Below are positions 17,961-27,823 of a stretch of 64,000 nucleotides of DNA, in pieces (within the stretch, counting starts at the first letter, position 1; each line of letters starts with the position of its first letter). Source of the stretch: a virus (taxonomy: Duplodnaviria; Caudoviricetes); the IMG/VR virus record IMGVR_UViG_3300033145_002707, positions 5,218 through 69,217 of that record; one strand, given 5' to 3'. The notes below the pieces were generated by a model that was given only the letters and a program-made list of their open reading frames with translations, had not been told where the DNA came from and ran no database searches. The translations under genes and the position numbers were made by a program.

Positions 17961-18470
17961 ATGCAAAATGATGAAATATCAATTGACAAGAACAATCTTG
18001 ATGAAGAATGTGTTGAGCTTCCAGCTGACTATGATGAATGGTCAAGTATAGAGGAGAGAGCACTTGCTATGTTGAATGCTCTTATTACCAGAAGAGCTGT
18101 TGTCAAGGCTAAATCCCAACTTGAACTCAGAGGAACACTTCTGGAGAGAATCAACAAAAGATACAACCTGAAACTCGAGAAAGTCACTGAGCAAGCCTAT
18201 AAAGATTTGGTTTATTTGCATAAAGATGTAGTTGAAGTCACAAGGGAAAGGGATGAGATTGCTGAGATGTATCACATAGCCAAGGCCAAAAGGCAATCTT
18301 TAGATAAAAAGAAAGGTATGCTTGACTATCTAACAAACCTGCATGGTCAAGGCTATTTCATAAAGGCAAGCAAATCATACAAGAAGAAGGAAACAAACAG
18401 AATAAAGGAAGGGATTAAAAAGAAAATAGATGAGAGAAAAAGGCCAACTGGTAAAAGAGTAAAGGCATAA
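17961..18470 (+). CDS. Possible UvsY-like recombination mediator
   Basis: Helical protein, IDKNNLDEECVELP start; sits next to SSB and RecA genes. Confidence 0.45.
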   Translation: MQNDEISIDKNNLDEECVELPADYDEWSSIEERALAMLNALITRRAVVKAKSQLELRGTLLERINKRYNLKLEKVTEQAYKDLVYLHKDVVEVTRERDEIAEMYHIAKAKRQSLDKKKGMLDYLTNLHGQGYFIKASKSYKKKETNRIKEGIKKKIDERKRPTGKRVKA

Positions 18471-18492
18471 CATACAAGCAAGGAGAGCTATC

Positions 18493-19572
18493 ATGGCAAA
18501 ATGGAGTAAAAAGGGTGTATCCCAAGATGACTATGAACGTAAAGCAAAAGAGAAAGACGACAAATATGGTAGTGGCAAATTTTCAGGAAAGGGATATTTG
18601 AGGGAAGATTTGTTAGACACATTTGTACCAAAGGAAGGCGAGAACTGCATACGCATCGTTGAGCCAATTGAGGTTGAAAAGCTCGGATTCTGGGCTATGT
18701 CTGTTCGCTTCCATAGAGAGGTTGGACATGATAGAGACTATTATTTGTGCAACAAGTGGATGCGAGGCAAATATGGAGATGACTTCAAATTTCCTGGTGG
18801 CTGTTTTATTGATGAACAACAAACATCTGAGCTATGGGATGAAGATCCAGACCTTGCAAAAACATATTATCCAAGCCCACAAAGGGAGTTGGTGGTCGTG
18901 CTTGACCTTAAAAGTGAGGACCCAAGCAAACTACTAAAATTCAGTTGCCCCAAAACTCTTTGTGAAGATATCATAGGCCAAAGCAAACGCAAAGGCTCAG
19001 ATGTTTATGTGGATGTAAGTGATCCCAAAGATGGTGTTGCTGTATACTTTGACAGATTTGGCAAGGGTCGTGACACCAGATATAAAAATGTCCAGCTTGG
19101 CCAAGATGCCATTCCACTTGCTGATTCAATAGCCGATGCTCGTGTCAAATTGTATGACTTGCTTATTGTTCCATCGTATGACGATGTCAAATCAGCATTT
19201 TTGAATGATGAAGAGGATCACAAATCTAATAGCTATGATGAGCCTGAGAAGGAAGAGAAACCTGATAAGCCAATAGATGATGAATTCACTGCTCTTGAAA
19301 GACTTGAGTTAAAGAAGCTGTTGAAGAAAGCCAACCCTGAATTTATCGTTTACAAGACAACAACGGATGATGAAATCAGAAATGAGTTGAGGTCGCTGGC
19401 TGAACCTGAGCCAGAAGAGGAGCCTGAGCCAGAAGAGGAGCCTGAGCCAGAAGAGGAGCCTGAGCCAGAAGAGGAGCCTGATGAGAAAGATAAAAAGTCT
19501 TCAGGCAATTCTGCTGAAGACATAAAGAAAAAACTCAAAGATGCAATCAAAAAACGCAATGCAAAGAAATAG
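18493..19572 (+). CDS. Single-stranded DNA-binding protein (gp32-like)
   Basis: FVPKEGENCIRIV...FH...YLC pattern, acidic tail, replication-module context. Confidence 0.65.
   Translation: MAKWSKKGVSQDDYERKAKEKDDKYGSGKFSGKGYLREDLLDTFVPKEGENCIRIVEPIEVEKLGFWAMSVRFHREVGHDRDYYLCNKWMRGKYGDDFKFPGGCFIDEQQTSELWDEDPDLAKTYYPSPQRELVVVLDLKSEDPSKLLKFSCPKTLCEDIIGQSKRKGSDVYVDVSDPKDGVAVYFDRFGKGRDTRYKNVQLGQDAIPLADSIADARVKLYDLLIVPSYDDVKSAFLNDEEDHKSNSYDEPEKEEKPDKPIDDEFTALERLELKKLLKKANPEFIVYKTTTDDEIRNELRSLAEPEPEEEPEPEEEPEPEEEPEPEEEPDEKDKKSSGNSAEDIKKKLKDAIKKRNAKK
19405..19476 (+). repeat. 18-bp tandem repeat x4 (PEPEEE)
   Basis: CCTGAGCCAGAAGAGGAG repeated four times exactly. Confidence 0.95.
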
Positions 19573-19589
19573 CAGGAGGTTTGTAGTCT

Positions 19590-20675
19590 ATGCCTGACAA
19601 GGAAAAGATAAAAAGGTTTAAAAAAGAAACATTTGAGTCTGAGCCAGTAACAATGTTTGAAGAGCATGTTGACTTTATTACAACAGGCTGTACAACCTTG
19701 AACCTGGCTGCGTCAAGCAAAGCAAGAAATGGTGGTTGGGCAAGAGGCAGAATATTGAACCTTGTTGGAGATGGTTCCAGTGGCAAAACATTGGTTGCTT
19801 TGGAGTTTGCTGCTGTCTGTTACCATAAGCTGAAAAGCATCAAATCCAAACTCTTTCCACCTGTCAAGAAGCTGAAAATCATATATGACAATGTGGAAGG
19901 AGTTATGGACTTTCCAGTAGAGAGCATGTATGGGAAGGAATTTTATGATGCAGTTGAGTGGGAACCAAGGTCTGAATATATTGAAGACTTTGGGCAGAGA
20001 TATTTGAAAGAATTGAAGAACCTCAAAAGCGGGGAGGCTTTGATATATATCATAGACAGCTGGGATGCTCTTGATTCAAAGGAAGAGGGTGAAGCCTTTG
20101 ATAAGCATATAGACAAAGGCACAAAGCTGGAAGGCTCATTTGACCTTGGCAAACAGAAGTATGCCAGCAAAAGGTTTTTTAAGAAGCTGTGTAAAGAAAT
20201 GAAAGGCAAAGATTGCACATTGATGATTGTGTCTCAAACAAGAGTCAAAATTGGTGTAACTTTTGGCAAGAAAAAACACAGAACTGGTGGAGCAGCTCTT
20301 GACTTCTATACACACCAAGTTTGCTGGCTTTATGAGGCTGGCAAACTTAAGAAAATATCTCATGGCCATGAATGGGCATATGGAATTAGGATCAAGGCCA
20401 AATTTGAACGCAACAAGGTTGCCAAGCCTTATAGGGAAACAGTTTTTGATATACTCTTTGATTATGGTATTGATGATGAAAGATCTATGGTCACCTGGTT
20501 CTTTGGCCCAGAGAAAAAAGAGATGGAATGGGATGGCAAGAAGCACAAGAGGGAAGAATTCATCAATCTGCTTGAAGACAATCCAGATGAGAGGGAAGCT
20601 ATGATCGATGCCGTCGAAGCTAAGTGGAACAAGATTGAAGCAGCCATGCCTAAAAAGAAGAAAAAATATGGATGA
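19590..20675 (+). CDS. recA: RecA/UvsX-like recombinase
   Basis: TGCTTLNL, GDGSSGKT, IIDSWDAL, TGGAALDFY, RNKVAKPY. Confidence 0.9.
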   Translation: MPDKEKIKRFKKETFESEPVTMFEEHVDFITTGCTTLNLAASSKARNGGWARGRILNLVGDGSSGKTLVALEFAAVCYHKLKSIKSKLFPPVKKLKIIYDNVEGVMDFPVESMYGKEFYDAVEWEPRSEYIEDFGQRYLKELKNLKSGEALIYIIDSWDALDSKEEGEAFDKHIDKGTKLEGSFDLGKQKYASKRFFKKLCKEMKGKDCTLMIVSQTRVKIGVTFGKKKHRTGGAALDFYTHQVCWLYEAGKLKKISHGHEWAYGIRIKAKFERNKVAKPYRETVFDILFDYGIDDERSMVTWFFGPEKKEMEWDGKKHKREEFINLLEDNPDEREAMIDAVEAKWNKIEAAMPKKKKKYG

Positions 20676-21525
20676 TTTCCTAATCATAGATTGTTTGAGC
20701 ATTTGTCATTCGGTAAAGCACTCAACAAAACGGCTGACTTTTGCAGGCAACAAGACCGGAATCATATTTGGCTTTATGAAAAAGTTGTTAGTTACAGCTG
20801 AAGAAACTGGTTGTGGCAACGTTGTATTTTCATGGGATACACAAGGTAGTCTTAGGAGGGAAATCTATCCAGAGTACAAAGCCAACAGGCATGTTGATTT
20901 ATCAACTGAAGATGAGCTACTGGAAAGCGTTGCTCGCAACCAATTTGATATAATCAGAACAGAAATGCTTCCCAATCTTGGGTTTGAGAATATTTTTGGC
21001 TTTGATAACTATGAGGCTGATGATGTTATAGCAACTGCTGTAAAGTCATATCCTAAACAAAAATGGACGATAGCCACCAGAGACAACGATATGTGGCAAT
21101 TGTTATCTCCATCTTGTCGCATATATGATCATGTTTCTAAGCATTTCATAACAGAAAAAAGTTTTAAAGATGATTGGAATCTTGACCCACCTGATTGGGC
21201 ACTGGTAAAGGCTATAGCTGGCTGTTCAACAGATAATGTTGCTGGTGTATATGGAGTTGGAAACAAGACCGCAGCAGCCTTCCTAAAGGGAGAGCTAAAA
21301 CCGACCAGCAAGAAAGCATTGGATATCATAGAGAATTATGGAATTGTTCAAGAAAATTTATCACTCGTTCATCTTCCATTTGATAAAACATTGTATGATA
21401 AGATTGAGCTGGTAGATGACAAATTATCAGTCAACAAGCTTGTAAAGGTTTGTGAAACATATGGTTTTGAATCAATGTTAAACAGCAAAATGATAAGCAG
21501 ATGGAAAGCAGCATTCAATATTTGA
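20668..21525 (+). CDS. 5'-3' exonuclease / RNase H (FEN-like)
   Basis: YPEYKANR, YEADDVIA, RDNDMWQL, GCSTDNVAGVYGVG. Confidence 0.9.
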   Translation: MDDFLIIDCLSICHSVKHSTKRLTFAGNKTGIIFGFMKKLLVTAEETGCGNVVFSWDTQGSLRREIYPEYKANRHVDLSTEDELLESVARNQFDIIRTEMLPNLGFENIFGFDNYEADDVIATAVKSYPKQKWTIATRDNDMWQLLSPSCRIYDHVSKHFITEKSFKDDWNLDPPDWALVKAIAGCSTDNVAGVYGVGNKTAAAFLKGELKPTSKKALDIIENYGIVQENLSLVHLPFDKTLYDKIELVDDKLSVNKLVKVCETYGFESMLNSKMISRWKAAFNI

Positions 21526-21536
21526 AAGGATAAATT

Positions 21537-22091
21537 ATGAAAAGAGTAAAATTGATCGACGATACAGATGTATTATTTCTCGGTATTGACCCAGGACAAA
21601 CTGGAGCAATAGCATTGATAGACAAGAGACAAGAAGTATATCTGTTGAGAGATTATCCTGGAGATGAAGTAGCAACAGCACAGATTGTCTCAGAAATAAT
21701 TGGACGATTTGACATGGAATATAAACCAAGATTGTTTGCTGCTTTAGAGAAAGTCCATGCTATGGGTATGCCAGGAAAACCTTGTCCAGTTTGCAAAAGA
21801 AGGCCAACACAAGGTGTTACAAGCACTTTTAAGTTTGGTACAAATTTTGGAATTTGGAAAGGCATATTGGCTGCTTTTAGCATACCATTCATACTCCCTG
21901 CTCCGCAAACTTGGCAGAAGGGCATCATCGCTAAGGCTCAAGATAAAAGCCCCGCTGTTGCTGCGGCAGCAAGGATGTTTCCTTCAATTAAGACTCAGTT
22001 ATATGGGCCAAGAGGTGGCAAAAAAGATGGAAGGGCTGATGCTTTATTGATAGCTGATTATGCTCGTCGTATGCGCATGGGTAGAAACTGA
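21537..22091 (+). CDS. ruvC: RuvC-like Holliday junction resolvase
   Basis: LGIDPG, LEKV, DGRADALLIA. Confidence 0.85.
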   Translation: MKRVKLIDDTDVLFLGIDPGQTGAIALIDKRQEVYLLRDYPGDEVATAQIVSEIIGRFDMEYKPRLFAALEKVHAMGMPGKPCPVCKRRPTQGVTSTFKFGTNFGIWKGILAAFSIPFILPAPQTWQKGIIAKAQDKSPAVAAAARMFPSIKTQLYGPRGGKKDGRADALLIADYARRMRMGRN

Positions 22092-22311
22092 TTATGGAGA
22101 GGATAAAAGTGCCACAGATGGTTGGCATACTGCCAACCACCTGCCATTGGCAATACATCATATAGATTATGTAAAGAAAAATTGTGTACCTGAAAACTTG
22201 ATAACATTGTGTTATAGCTGTAATTCAAGAGCAAACTACAATAAGGGATTTTGGAAAGAACTATATCAAAATATTATAGTTGAGAAGGAGGCCGAATGCT
22301 GCGCAGCTTGA
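22092..22311 (+). pseudogene. Truncated HNH endonuclease remnant
   Basis: IHHIDYVKKN...NLITLCYSCNSRAN; no clear N-terminal domain or start. Confidence 0.55.
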
Positions 22312-23387
22312 CCCTCAAGCACTTTCGTTCATACAAAGAAGCATATCTTGAGTTTTCTCAAGGTGTCAATGCTATCATAGGTACTAATGATAGTGGAAAA
22401 ACCAACATAGTCCGTTCTATCCAGCTTGTAACAAACAACAGACCATCCGGAGAAAAATATAGAGCTAAATCTGGTGGTGATACTCTCGTCATGTTGGAGG
22501 CAGATGAAAAACTAATCAGCAGGGACAGAACGAAGAAAGCCAATACATATAGTATAACCAATGCAGATGTCACCGAAGATGTGTTCAAAGCCTTTGGCAA
22601 AGGTGTTCCAGAGGCTGTCACCAAACACCTAAACATGACAGATGTAAATGTGCACCTTCAGCTTGATGGTCCATTTCTTCTAAACAAATCAGCACCTGAT
22701 GTAGCAAGATACTTCAACAACATTGTCAATCTGGATGTTATAGATTCAACAATATCGAACATCTCCAAAATGTTGCGTAAGGAAAAGTCAGAATTGGCAT
22801 TTGAAACCAACAAAGGTGACGAACTTGCTGAGAGCCTTAAAGACTATGATTGGTTAGCTGGTGCCGATTTAGAATTGGTTAAGCTCGAAAAATTAGAGCA
22901 AGCAATAATAGGCATGAAGTCAGATTGGTCAAGTTTATATGCGATGACAGAGGAATTGGAAAGGCTAAATATGATAGATGAAAGCCTTGATAAAATTATC
23001 AGCAATGAGGCTAAGATTAAGGTATTGGAAGAACAAGATGCAGAAATAAGCTCATTGATGGATGATTGTCAGGAGTTGATCGAGCTTATTGAATCTCGTG
23101 AATTACTGACAGAGCTGAGCAACAGTCTTGATAAAATTGCAAATCCTGATAATATCAAACTTATAGATGATTTGCTAAACCTTGGTGAAAAGATTGAAAA
23201 AGAAAAACAGTTGCATCTTGAGCTATCATCATTAATCGAACAACGTGTTAACCTGGGCATTGAATTTTCTGAATGGGAAAGCAGAGAGAAAGCACTTGAG
23301 ATAGACTTTAAAAACATACTCCCAGATGCTTGCCCAATATTTGACGTACAATGTGACCACATAGATAGCAAGAAGAAAAATGACTAA
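22296..23387 (+). CDS. sbcC: SbcC/Rad50-like ATPase, N-terminal half
   Basis: Walker A GTNDSGKT, Q-loop QLDGPFLL, coiled coil; ends just after a CPIFDVQC hook-like motif. Confidence 0.8.
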   Translation: MLRSLTLKHFRSYKEAYLEFSQGVNAIIGTNDSGKTNIVRSIQLVTNNRPSGEKYRAKSGGDTLVMLEADEKLISRDRTKKANTYSITNADVTEDVFKAFGKGVPEAVTKHLNMTDVNVHLQLDGPFLLNKSAPDVARYFNNIVNLDVIDSTISNISKMLRKEKSELAFETNKGDELAESLKDYDWLAGADLELVKLEKLEQAIIGMKSDWSSLYAMTEELERLNMIDESLDKIISNEAKIKVLEEQDAEISSLMDDCQELIELIESRELLTELSNSLDKIANPDNIKLIDDLLNLGEKIEKEKQLHLELSSLIEQRVNLGIEFSEWESREKALEIDFKNILPDACPIFDVQCDHIDSKKKND

Positions 23388-24306
23388 AAGAATAAAGATG
23401 GATAGAAAAGCTGACGCAATACTTAGTGCTGATTGGCACATAAGACCAGATACACCAGTGTGTCGCACAGACGATTTTACATTTGCTATGTGGCGAAAAA
23501 TAGGAACAATCTTGACTTTGTCAAAAGAAAATTGCTGCCCAATACTCATTGCTGGAGATATAGGCAACGAGCATTATTGGCCCAACTGGTTACTTGAACG
23601 GTGCATCAAGTTGTTCGAAGGCCATGAAATTATAGCAATCCCTGGTCAACATGATTTGCCAAATCACAGAACTGATTTATTTGATAAGTCAGGGCTTGGT
23701 GTTTTGACTGCTGCAGGTGTTGTGAATACAATATTTAAGCCAATACTGATAGAGAATACGTTCGGTTTATTTCCATTTCCTTATGGTGAAAAGATTGAGC
23801 ATAAAACACACAGTACTGGAAATCCAAATGTAGCAATGATTCATCAGATGGTTATAGAAGGCAAGCCTCTATGGCCAGGACAAGAAGTACCAAGAGGTCA
23901 CGAGCTACTTAAATTATTCCCTGGATATAATTTAATTTTATCAGGTGATAATCACAACCCATTTGTGGCTGAATATCAAAGCAGAAAGTTAGTCAATCCT
24001 GGTTCACTCATGCGCACCACTGCTGATCAGGTTGATCATAAGCCAAGAGTGTATCTGTGGTATGCTGATACTAATAAAGTTGAGCCATATTATTTGCCAA
24101 TAGACAAAGATGTTATTACCAGAGAACACATAGATGCTAAAGGTGATAGAAAAAATCGTATGGAATCATATGTCAAAAGGGCTAAAGAATCTGTTGAAAT
24201 TGAATTAAGTTTTAAAGATAACATGGAAAAATTCCTTAAAAAGAATAAGACACCCAAAAAAGTCAAAGAGAAAATATGGAAAGCTACAGAAGGAGATTTG
24301 TCATGA
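23380..24306 (+). CDS. sbcD: SbcD/Mre11-like metallophosphoesterase nuclease
   Basis: ADWH, AGDI, GQHD, GDNH, NPGS. Confidence 0.9.
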   Translation: MTKRIKMDRKADAILSADWHIRPDTPVCRTDDFTFAMWRKIGTILTLSKENCCPILIAGDIGNEHYWPNWLLERCIKLFEGHEIIAIPGQHDLPNHRTDLFDKSGLGVLTAAGVVNTIFKPILIENTFGLFPFPYGEKIEHKTHSTGNPNVAMIHQMVIEGKPLWPGQEVPRGHELLKLFPGYNLILSGDNHNPFVAEYQSRKLVNPGSLMRTTADQVDHKPRVYLWYADTNKVEPYYLPIDKDVITREHIDAKGDRKNRMESYVKRAKESVEIELSFKDNMEKFLKKNKTPKKVKEKIWKATEGDLS

Positions 24307-24539
24307 GCCAGAAAAGGTTGTTTGAAATTAAATCACAGGTTGGTGAAGCAAAACAGGAAAAGGCAAAAGTGAGTGGTCAGATTATACAAGTTGATAGGCA
24401 GATGCTATCTAAATTTAAAGTTAAGAATTTGGATGAATCAAACGAGAAGCTGGGTGACATGGCAACCAGACTTAGTAAGGTGGAAAATGAATTCGATACT
24501 GGCATGGAAAAGCTGGAATCAGCACATGACTGGGAATAA
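24303..24539 (+). CDS. Small coiled-coil protein, possible SbcC middle segment
   Basis: Heptad-rich 78 aa between the nuclease and the SbcC C-half. Confidence 0.6.
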   Translation: MSQKRLFEIKSQVGEAKQEKAKVSGQIIQVDRQMLSKFKVKNLDESNEKLGDMATRLSKVENEFDTGMEKLESAHDWE

Positions 24540-24540
24540 T

Positions 24541-25161
24541 ATGGATACTAAAAGTTTTCGCATAAGGCTTGAAAGAAAAAAAGGAACAAAAGCTCAAATA
24601 GAAAAAACATTGGCTGAATCAGTCGTTTCTATTGAGTCAATATCTGACGAAATTCTTTGTTCAGAAAAAGCACAAGCCATAATACAAGCAGTTGCAAAGT
24701 TGACACAAGAGGAACTTGAATACAGAGTTACTGAACCTGTAAGTCTTGCATTAGCAGCTGTCTTTGACGACCCATACAAATTTGTTGCTAAATTTGAAAC
24801 AACTGGTAAAGGTACAACAGAATGCAAACTTGGGTTTGAGAGAGATGGTGTAATCAATGATATCCATGAGATAGGTGGTGGAGTAGTTGATGTTGCTTCC
24901 TTTGCTTTAAGAGTTAGTGCCTGGTCACTTGCTCAACCAAGAACAAGGTCAACTCTGATATTTGATGAGCCTTTTAGGTTTGTTAGCAGAGACAAAATGC
25001 CACAGGTCGGAGAAATGGTCAAGAATATCAGCTCGTCTCTGGGTTTGCAAATTATAATGATTTCACATATAGCTGGTTTGATAGACTGTGCAGACAAAGT
25101 GTTTGAAACAGATATAAACGAAGGGATATCAACTATAACAGAAAGGAGAAACAATGATTAA
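24541..25161 (+). CDS. sbcC: SbcC/Rad50-like ATPase, C-terminal half
   Basis: GGGVVDV signature-like motif, Walker B LIFDEPF, H-loop ISH. Confidence 0.8.
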   Translation: MDTKSFRIRLERKKGTKAQIEKTLAESVVSIESISDEILCSEKAQAIIQAVAKLTQEELEYRVTEPVSLALAAVFDDPYKFVAKFETTGKGTTECKLGFERDGVINDIHEIGGGVVDVASFALRVSAWSLAQPRTRSTLIFDEPFRFVSRDKMPQVGEMVKNISSSLGLQIIMISHIAGLIDCADKVFETDINEGISTITERRNND

Positions 25162-25396
25162 ATTAGGTGGAACTTACAAAGACAGCATTACAGGTTTTAA
25201 GGGAATGGCAACTGGATATGTAAAATATCTGTCCGGTTGTAACCAAGCACTATTGACACCAGCTGTTAATAAAGGTGGTGAAATGCCAGAACCACAATGG
25301 ATTGATGAGCAAAGACTTAAACAAGTTGGTAACAAAGTCATCACATTAGATAACGGGAAAATACCAGGTTTTGGCAAGATGGCACCAATAAAATAG
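25154..25396 (+). CDS. Hypothetical phage protein
   Basis: KDSITGFKGMATGYVKYLSGCNQALL. Confidence 0.7.
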   Translation: MIKLGGTYKDSITGFKGMATGYVKYLSGCNQALLTPAVNKGGEMPEPQWIDEQRLKQVGNKVITLDNGKIPGFGKMAPIK

Positions 25397-25435
25397 TTAT
25401 CCCGCATGGGTTTCCTTGGTTTTTCATTTATAGTG

Positions 25436-25538
25436 TGTGCTCCGAGCTGGCCTGTTGCCCACCAAGGTGTAAAAGAATGAGGGCACAGGCAACCTCCATG
25501 GGTGCGGGCGAACCATATCGGAGCATAGTCCGCATCCA
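25436..25538 (+). ncRNA. Unclassified pseudoknotted structured RNA candidate
   Basis: 10-bp stem 25436-25445/25518-25527, internal hairpin 25450-25490, 11-bp crossing helix 25499-25509/25528-25538; strand assumed from context. Confidence 0.4.
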
Positions 25539-25715
25539 CCTTTATAACATTGTAATAGCACCGTAAACATGTTTAAATCTATTTCAGATAAAGAGATGAA
25601 TCTAATGTCAATGTCGGTTTATAATTGTTGTAGGAGGCAAAATTAAAAGAAATAAAAAGAAAACCCTGCATCAAAGCTGGCTGTAAAAATTTGGAGAAAA
25701 GACAATGGCTATTTT

Positions 25716-25910
25716 TTGATAAAAATAGATAACTTTTTAAGATGGGAACCACATAATTTATTTTTCACACCTTTCTATTTTGATTGGACGACTAAAGATA
25801 ATGGGCAAGTTACTATGATTAAACGTGGGTGTGATAATACAAAACTTGAAGAGTTTCTGAAAAACTGCCAGGATTTTGGTATGGATTATTTAGAACAATC
25901 TATTATATAA
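25716..25910 (+). CDS. Hypothetical protein
   Basis: 64-aa ORF, co-oriented with neighbours. Confidence 0.4.
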   Translation: MIKIDNFLRWEPHNLFFTPFYFDWTTKDNGQVTMIKRGCDNTKLEEFLKNCQDFGMDYLEQSII

Positions 25911-26003
25911 TATCTTGGCCTTTATGCTTAACAGTTACTATTCCTTGGTGGATTTTTAAATCAATATTTATTCCACAAAAATATTTTGATTAAAGGAGAC
26001 AAA

Positions 26004-26747
26004 ATGAAAACAGTTGCAATCATACAAGCACGTATGGGTAGCACGAGACTTCCTGGCAAAGTGCTGATGGACATTTGTGGCAAGCCAGCCATAGAGAGGC
26101 TTGTTGACAGGGTAGCCAAGGCTAAACATATTGATCAAATAGTAGTTGCAACTGGTGATACACTTAGCAATGAACCATTAAAAAGATGGGGCCGTGAAAA
26201 CAGCACTCCTGTATTTGTTGGCTCAGAAAATGATGTGCTTGGTCGTGTACTTGAGTGTGCTGAGTTTTATAGAGCTGATAGAATAGTTGATATCACTGGG
26301 GATTGTCCATTAATAGATCACAAGCACATAGACCATCTTTGTAACACAATGGATGAATTTCATCATGTTGATTATTCATCAAACATAATGCCAAGGACAT
26401 GGCCAGACGGATTTGACGTTCAAGTATATAAAATGATCATGCTCAGAATTGCTAATGAAGAATTAAAAACAGACAGCCCATTGAGAGAACATGTTGGTAT
26501 CAACATACATAAGCTAAACCCAAAAATATATAACCAATTATCGCCTGGTAGCAAATACTGTCACCCAGAATGGGGGTTGACTCTTGACACAACTGAAGAC
26601 TTGACACTCATAAGGAAAATATTTGCTCATTTCGTTTATAACAAAAATTACGATTTCTCAGCAATAGATGTTATCGACTACATAAGAGATAACATCAATC
26701 TGCTCAACATCAACAGCCATATAAAGAGAAAAGGAATAACAAGTTGA
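26004..26747 (+). CDS. SpsF/PseF-like acylneuraminate cytidylyltransferase
   Basis: IIQARMGSTRLPGKVL, GSENDVLGR, DCPLID, LTLDTTED. Confidence 0.9.
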   Translation: MKTVAIIQARMGSTRLPGKVLMDICGKPAIERLVDRVAKAKHIDQIVVATGDTLSNEPLKRWGRENSTPVFVGSENDVLGRVLECAEFYRADRIVDITGDCPLIDHKHIDHLCNTMDEFHHVDYSSNIMPRTWPDGFDVQVYKMIMLRIANEELKTDSPLREHVGINIHKLNPKIYNQLSPGSKYCHPEWGLTLDTTEDLTLIRKIFAHFVYNKNYDFSAIDVIDYIRDNINLLNINSHIKRKGITS

Positions 26748-26895
26748 TTTTAAGAATATCAACCTTATTGCTGTCTGTTATATTTTTATCTTGCACATGG
26801 AACATGTCAGCAATCAATGTCATGATGATCATGGTATCAACTATGGTGTTTTATCATTTGGAATTGAAATTCCATTTTGAATAAAGGAAAAGAAA

Positions 26896-27108
26896 ATGAA
26901 AAGAATTAAAGCTGTTGGGCAAGAATTGCTGAGCCAACTCAAAAGCAAAACAATATTGACAAGAAAACCAAGCCTAACACTTTGTTCAAACCACAAGAAA
27001 ACAGTGATTGGTGGTGGCAGAATTTGGAATCCATTAACAATGGGGCAAGCATTCAGAGATGGGAAAGGATGGTATATAGGCCATGGAAATAAAAAAGCTG
27101 TTACATGA
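26896..27108 (+). CDS. Hypothetical protein
   Basis: AAGGA RBS, 70 aa. Confidence 0.45.
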   Translation: MKRIKAVGQELLSQLKSKTILTRKPSLTLCSNHKKTVIGGGRIWNPLTMGQAFRDGKGWYIGHGNKKAVT

Positions 27109-27227
27109 AAGGCTTGAGGAAAGGCTTGACTATCTCAAAAGACCAAACCAACATCACATTGAATTGCATACATCAAATTCTGGCTAAGGAAAAATAACAG
27201 AAAGAAGGCTTGAAAAAAGGAGCATTT

Positions 27228-27800
27228 ATGATAAAAGGATATTCAATTATTTTTGGCAAAGGCATTTCTTACGCTGGAAAATTTGTAGCAGGAACTTGGT
27301 TTGATGATAATTCTTTATATGAGATATCACCAACTGACAAAAAAGGTTTTGGTTTTAAGGTTGATCTTGCTATAGGGAAAATGATCAGACCCATTTCTTA
27401 TTTTTGGAAGCTTGGTTTCTGGAAAAAAGATAAACGAATGATAAAGGATATCCTTGCTCGTGGGGAAGGCTATGCGATGAGATTCTTTGGTGAAAAATTA
27501 TACAGTAAGATAATTTTATTGCCACCATACCACTGGGATAAAAGAACAATATGGAATCCATGGTATGCTCTTCATTGGTTTGTTTTAAGAATACCAACTT
27601 TTATATGGCCATATATCTCTATAAGTACTCCATGGATCAATGTATATGCAGGCTGTCGCAGGTTTAAAGTTGACCCATTTACTCGTGACCGAACATGGTG
27701 TGGTCATAAAGAAAGGAAATTGGCAGAACAGGAAGAGCCAGCTGATCGCTTTCATGCCCTGTCATTTTCTATTTCAATTCGTACCAGCAGATTGGCTTAA
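27228..27800 (+). CDS. Aromatic-rich hypothetical protein
   Basis: AGGAG RBS before ATG 27228. Confidence 0.6.
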   Translation: MIKGYSIIFGKGISYAGKFVAGTWFDDNSLYEISPTDKKGFGFKVDLAIGKMIRPISYFWKLGFWKKDKRMIKDILARGEGYAMRFFGEKLYSKIILLPPYHWDKRTIWNPWYALHWFVLRIPTFIWPYISISTPWINVYAGCRRFKVDPFTRDRTWCGHKERKLAEQEEPADRFHALSFSISIRTSRLA

Positions 27801-27823
27801 TATTTGTAAGCAAGGAGGCACAA

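Noticed and set aside
25489-25505. GCAACC...GGTGC as a SAM-I/IV riboswitch P3
   Set aside because: The AUC/GAU P1 and the P2 kink-turn are missing, and GGTGC is better paired in the 11-bp crossing helix
25436-25538. HDV-like/theta ribozyme or tRNA
   Set aside because: No P3/L3/P1.1/P4 order, and no cloverleaf or T-loop consensus
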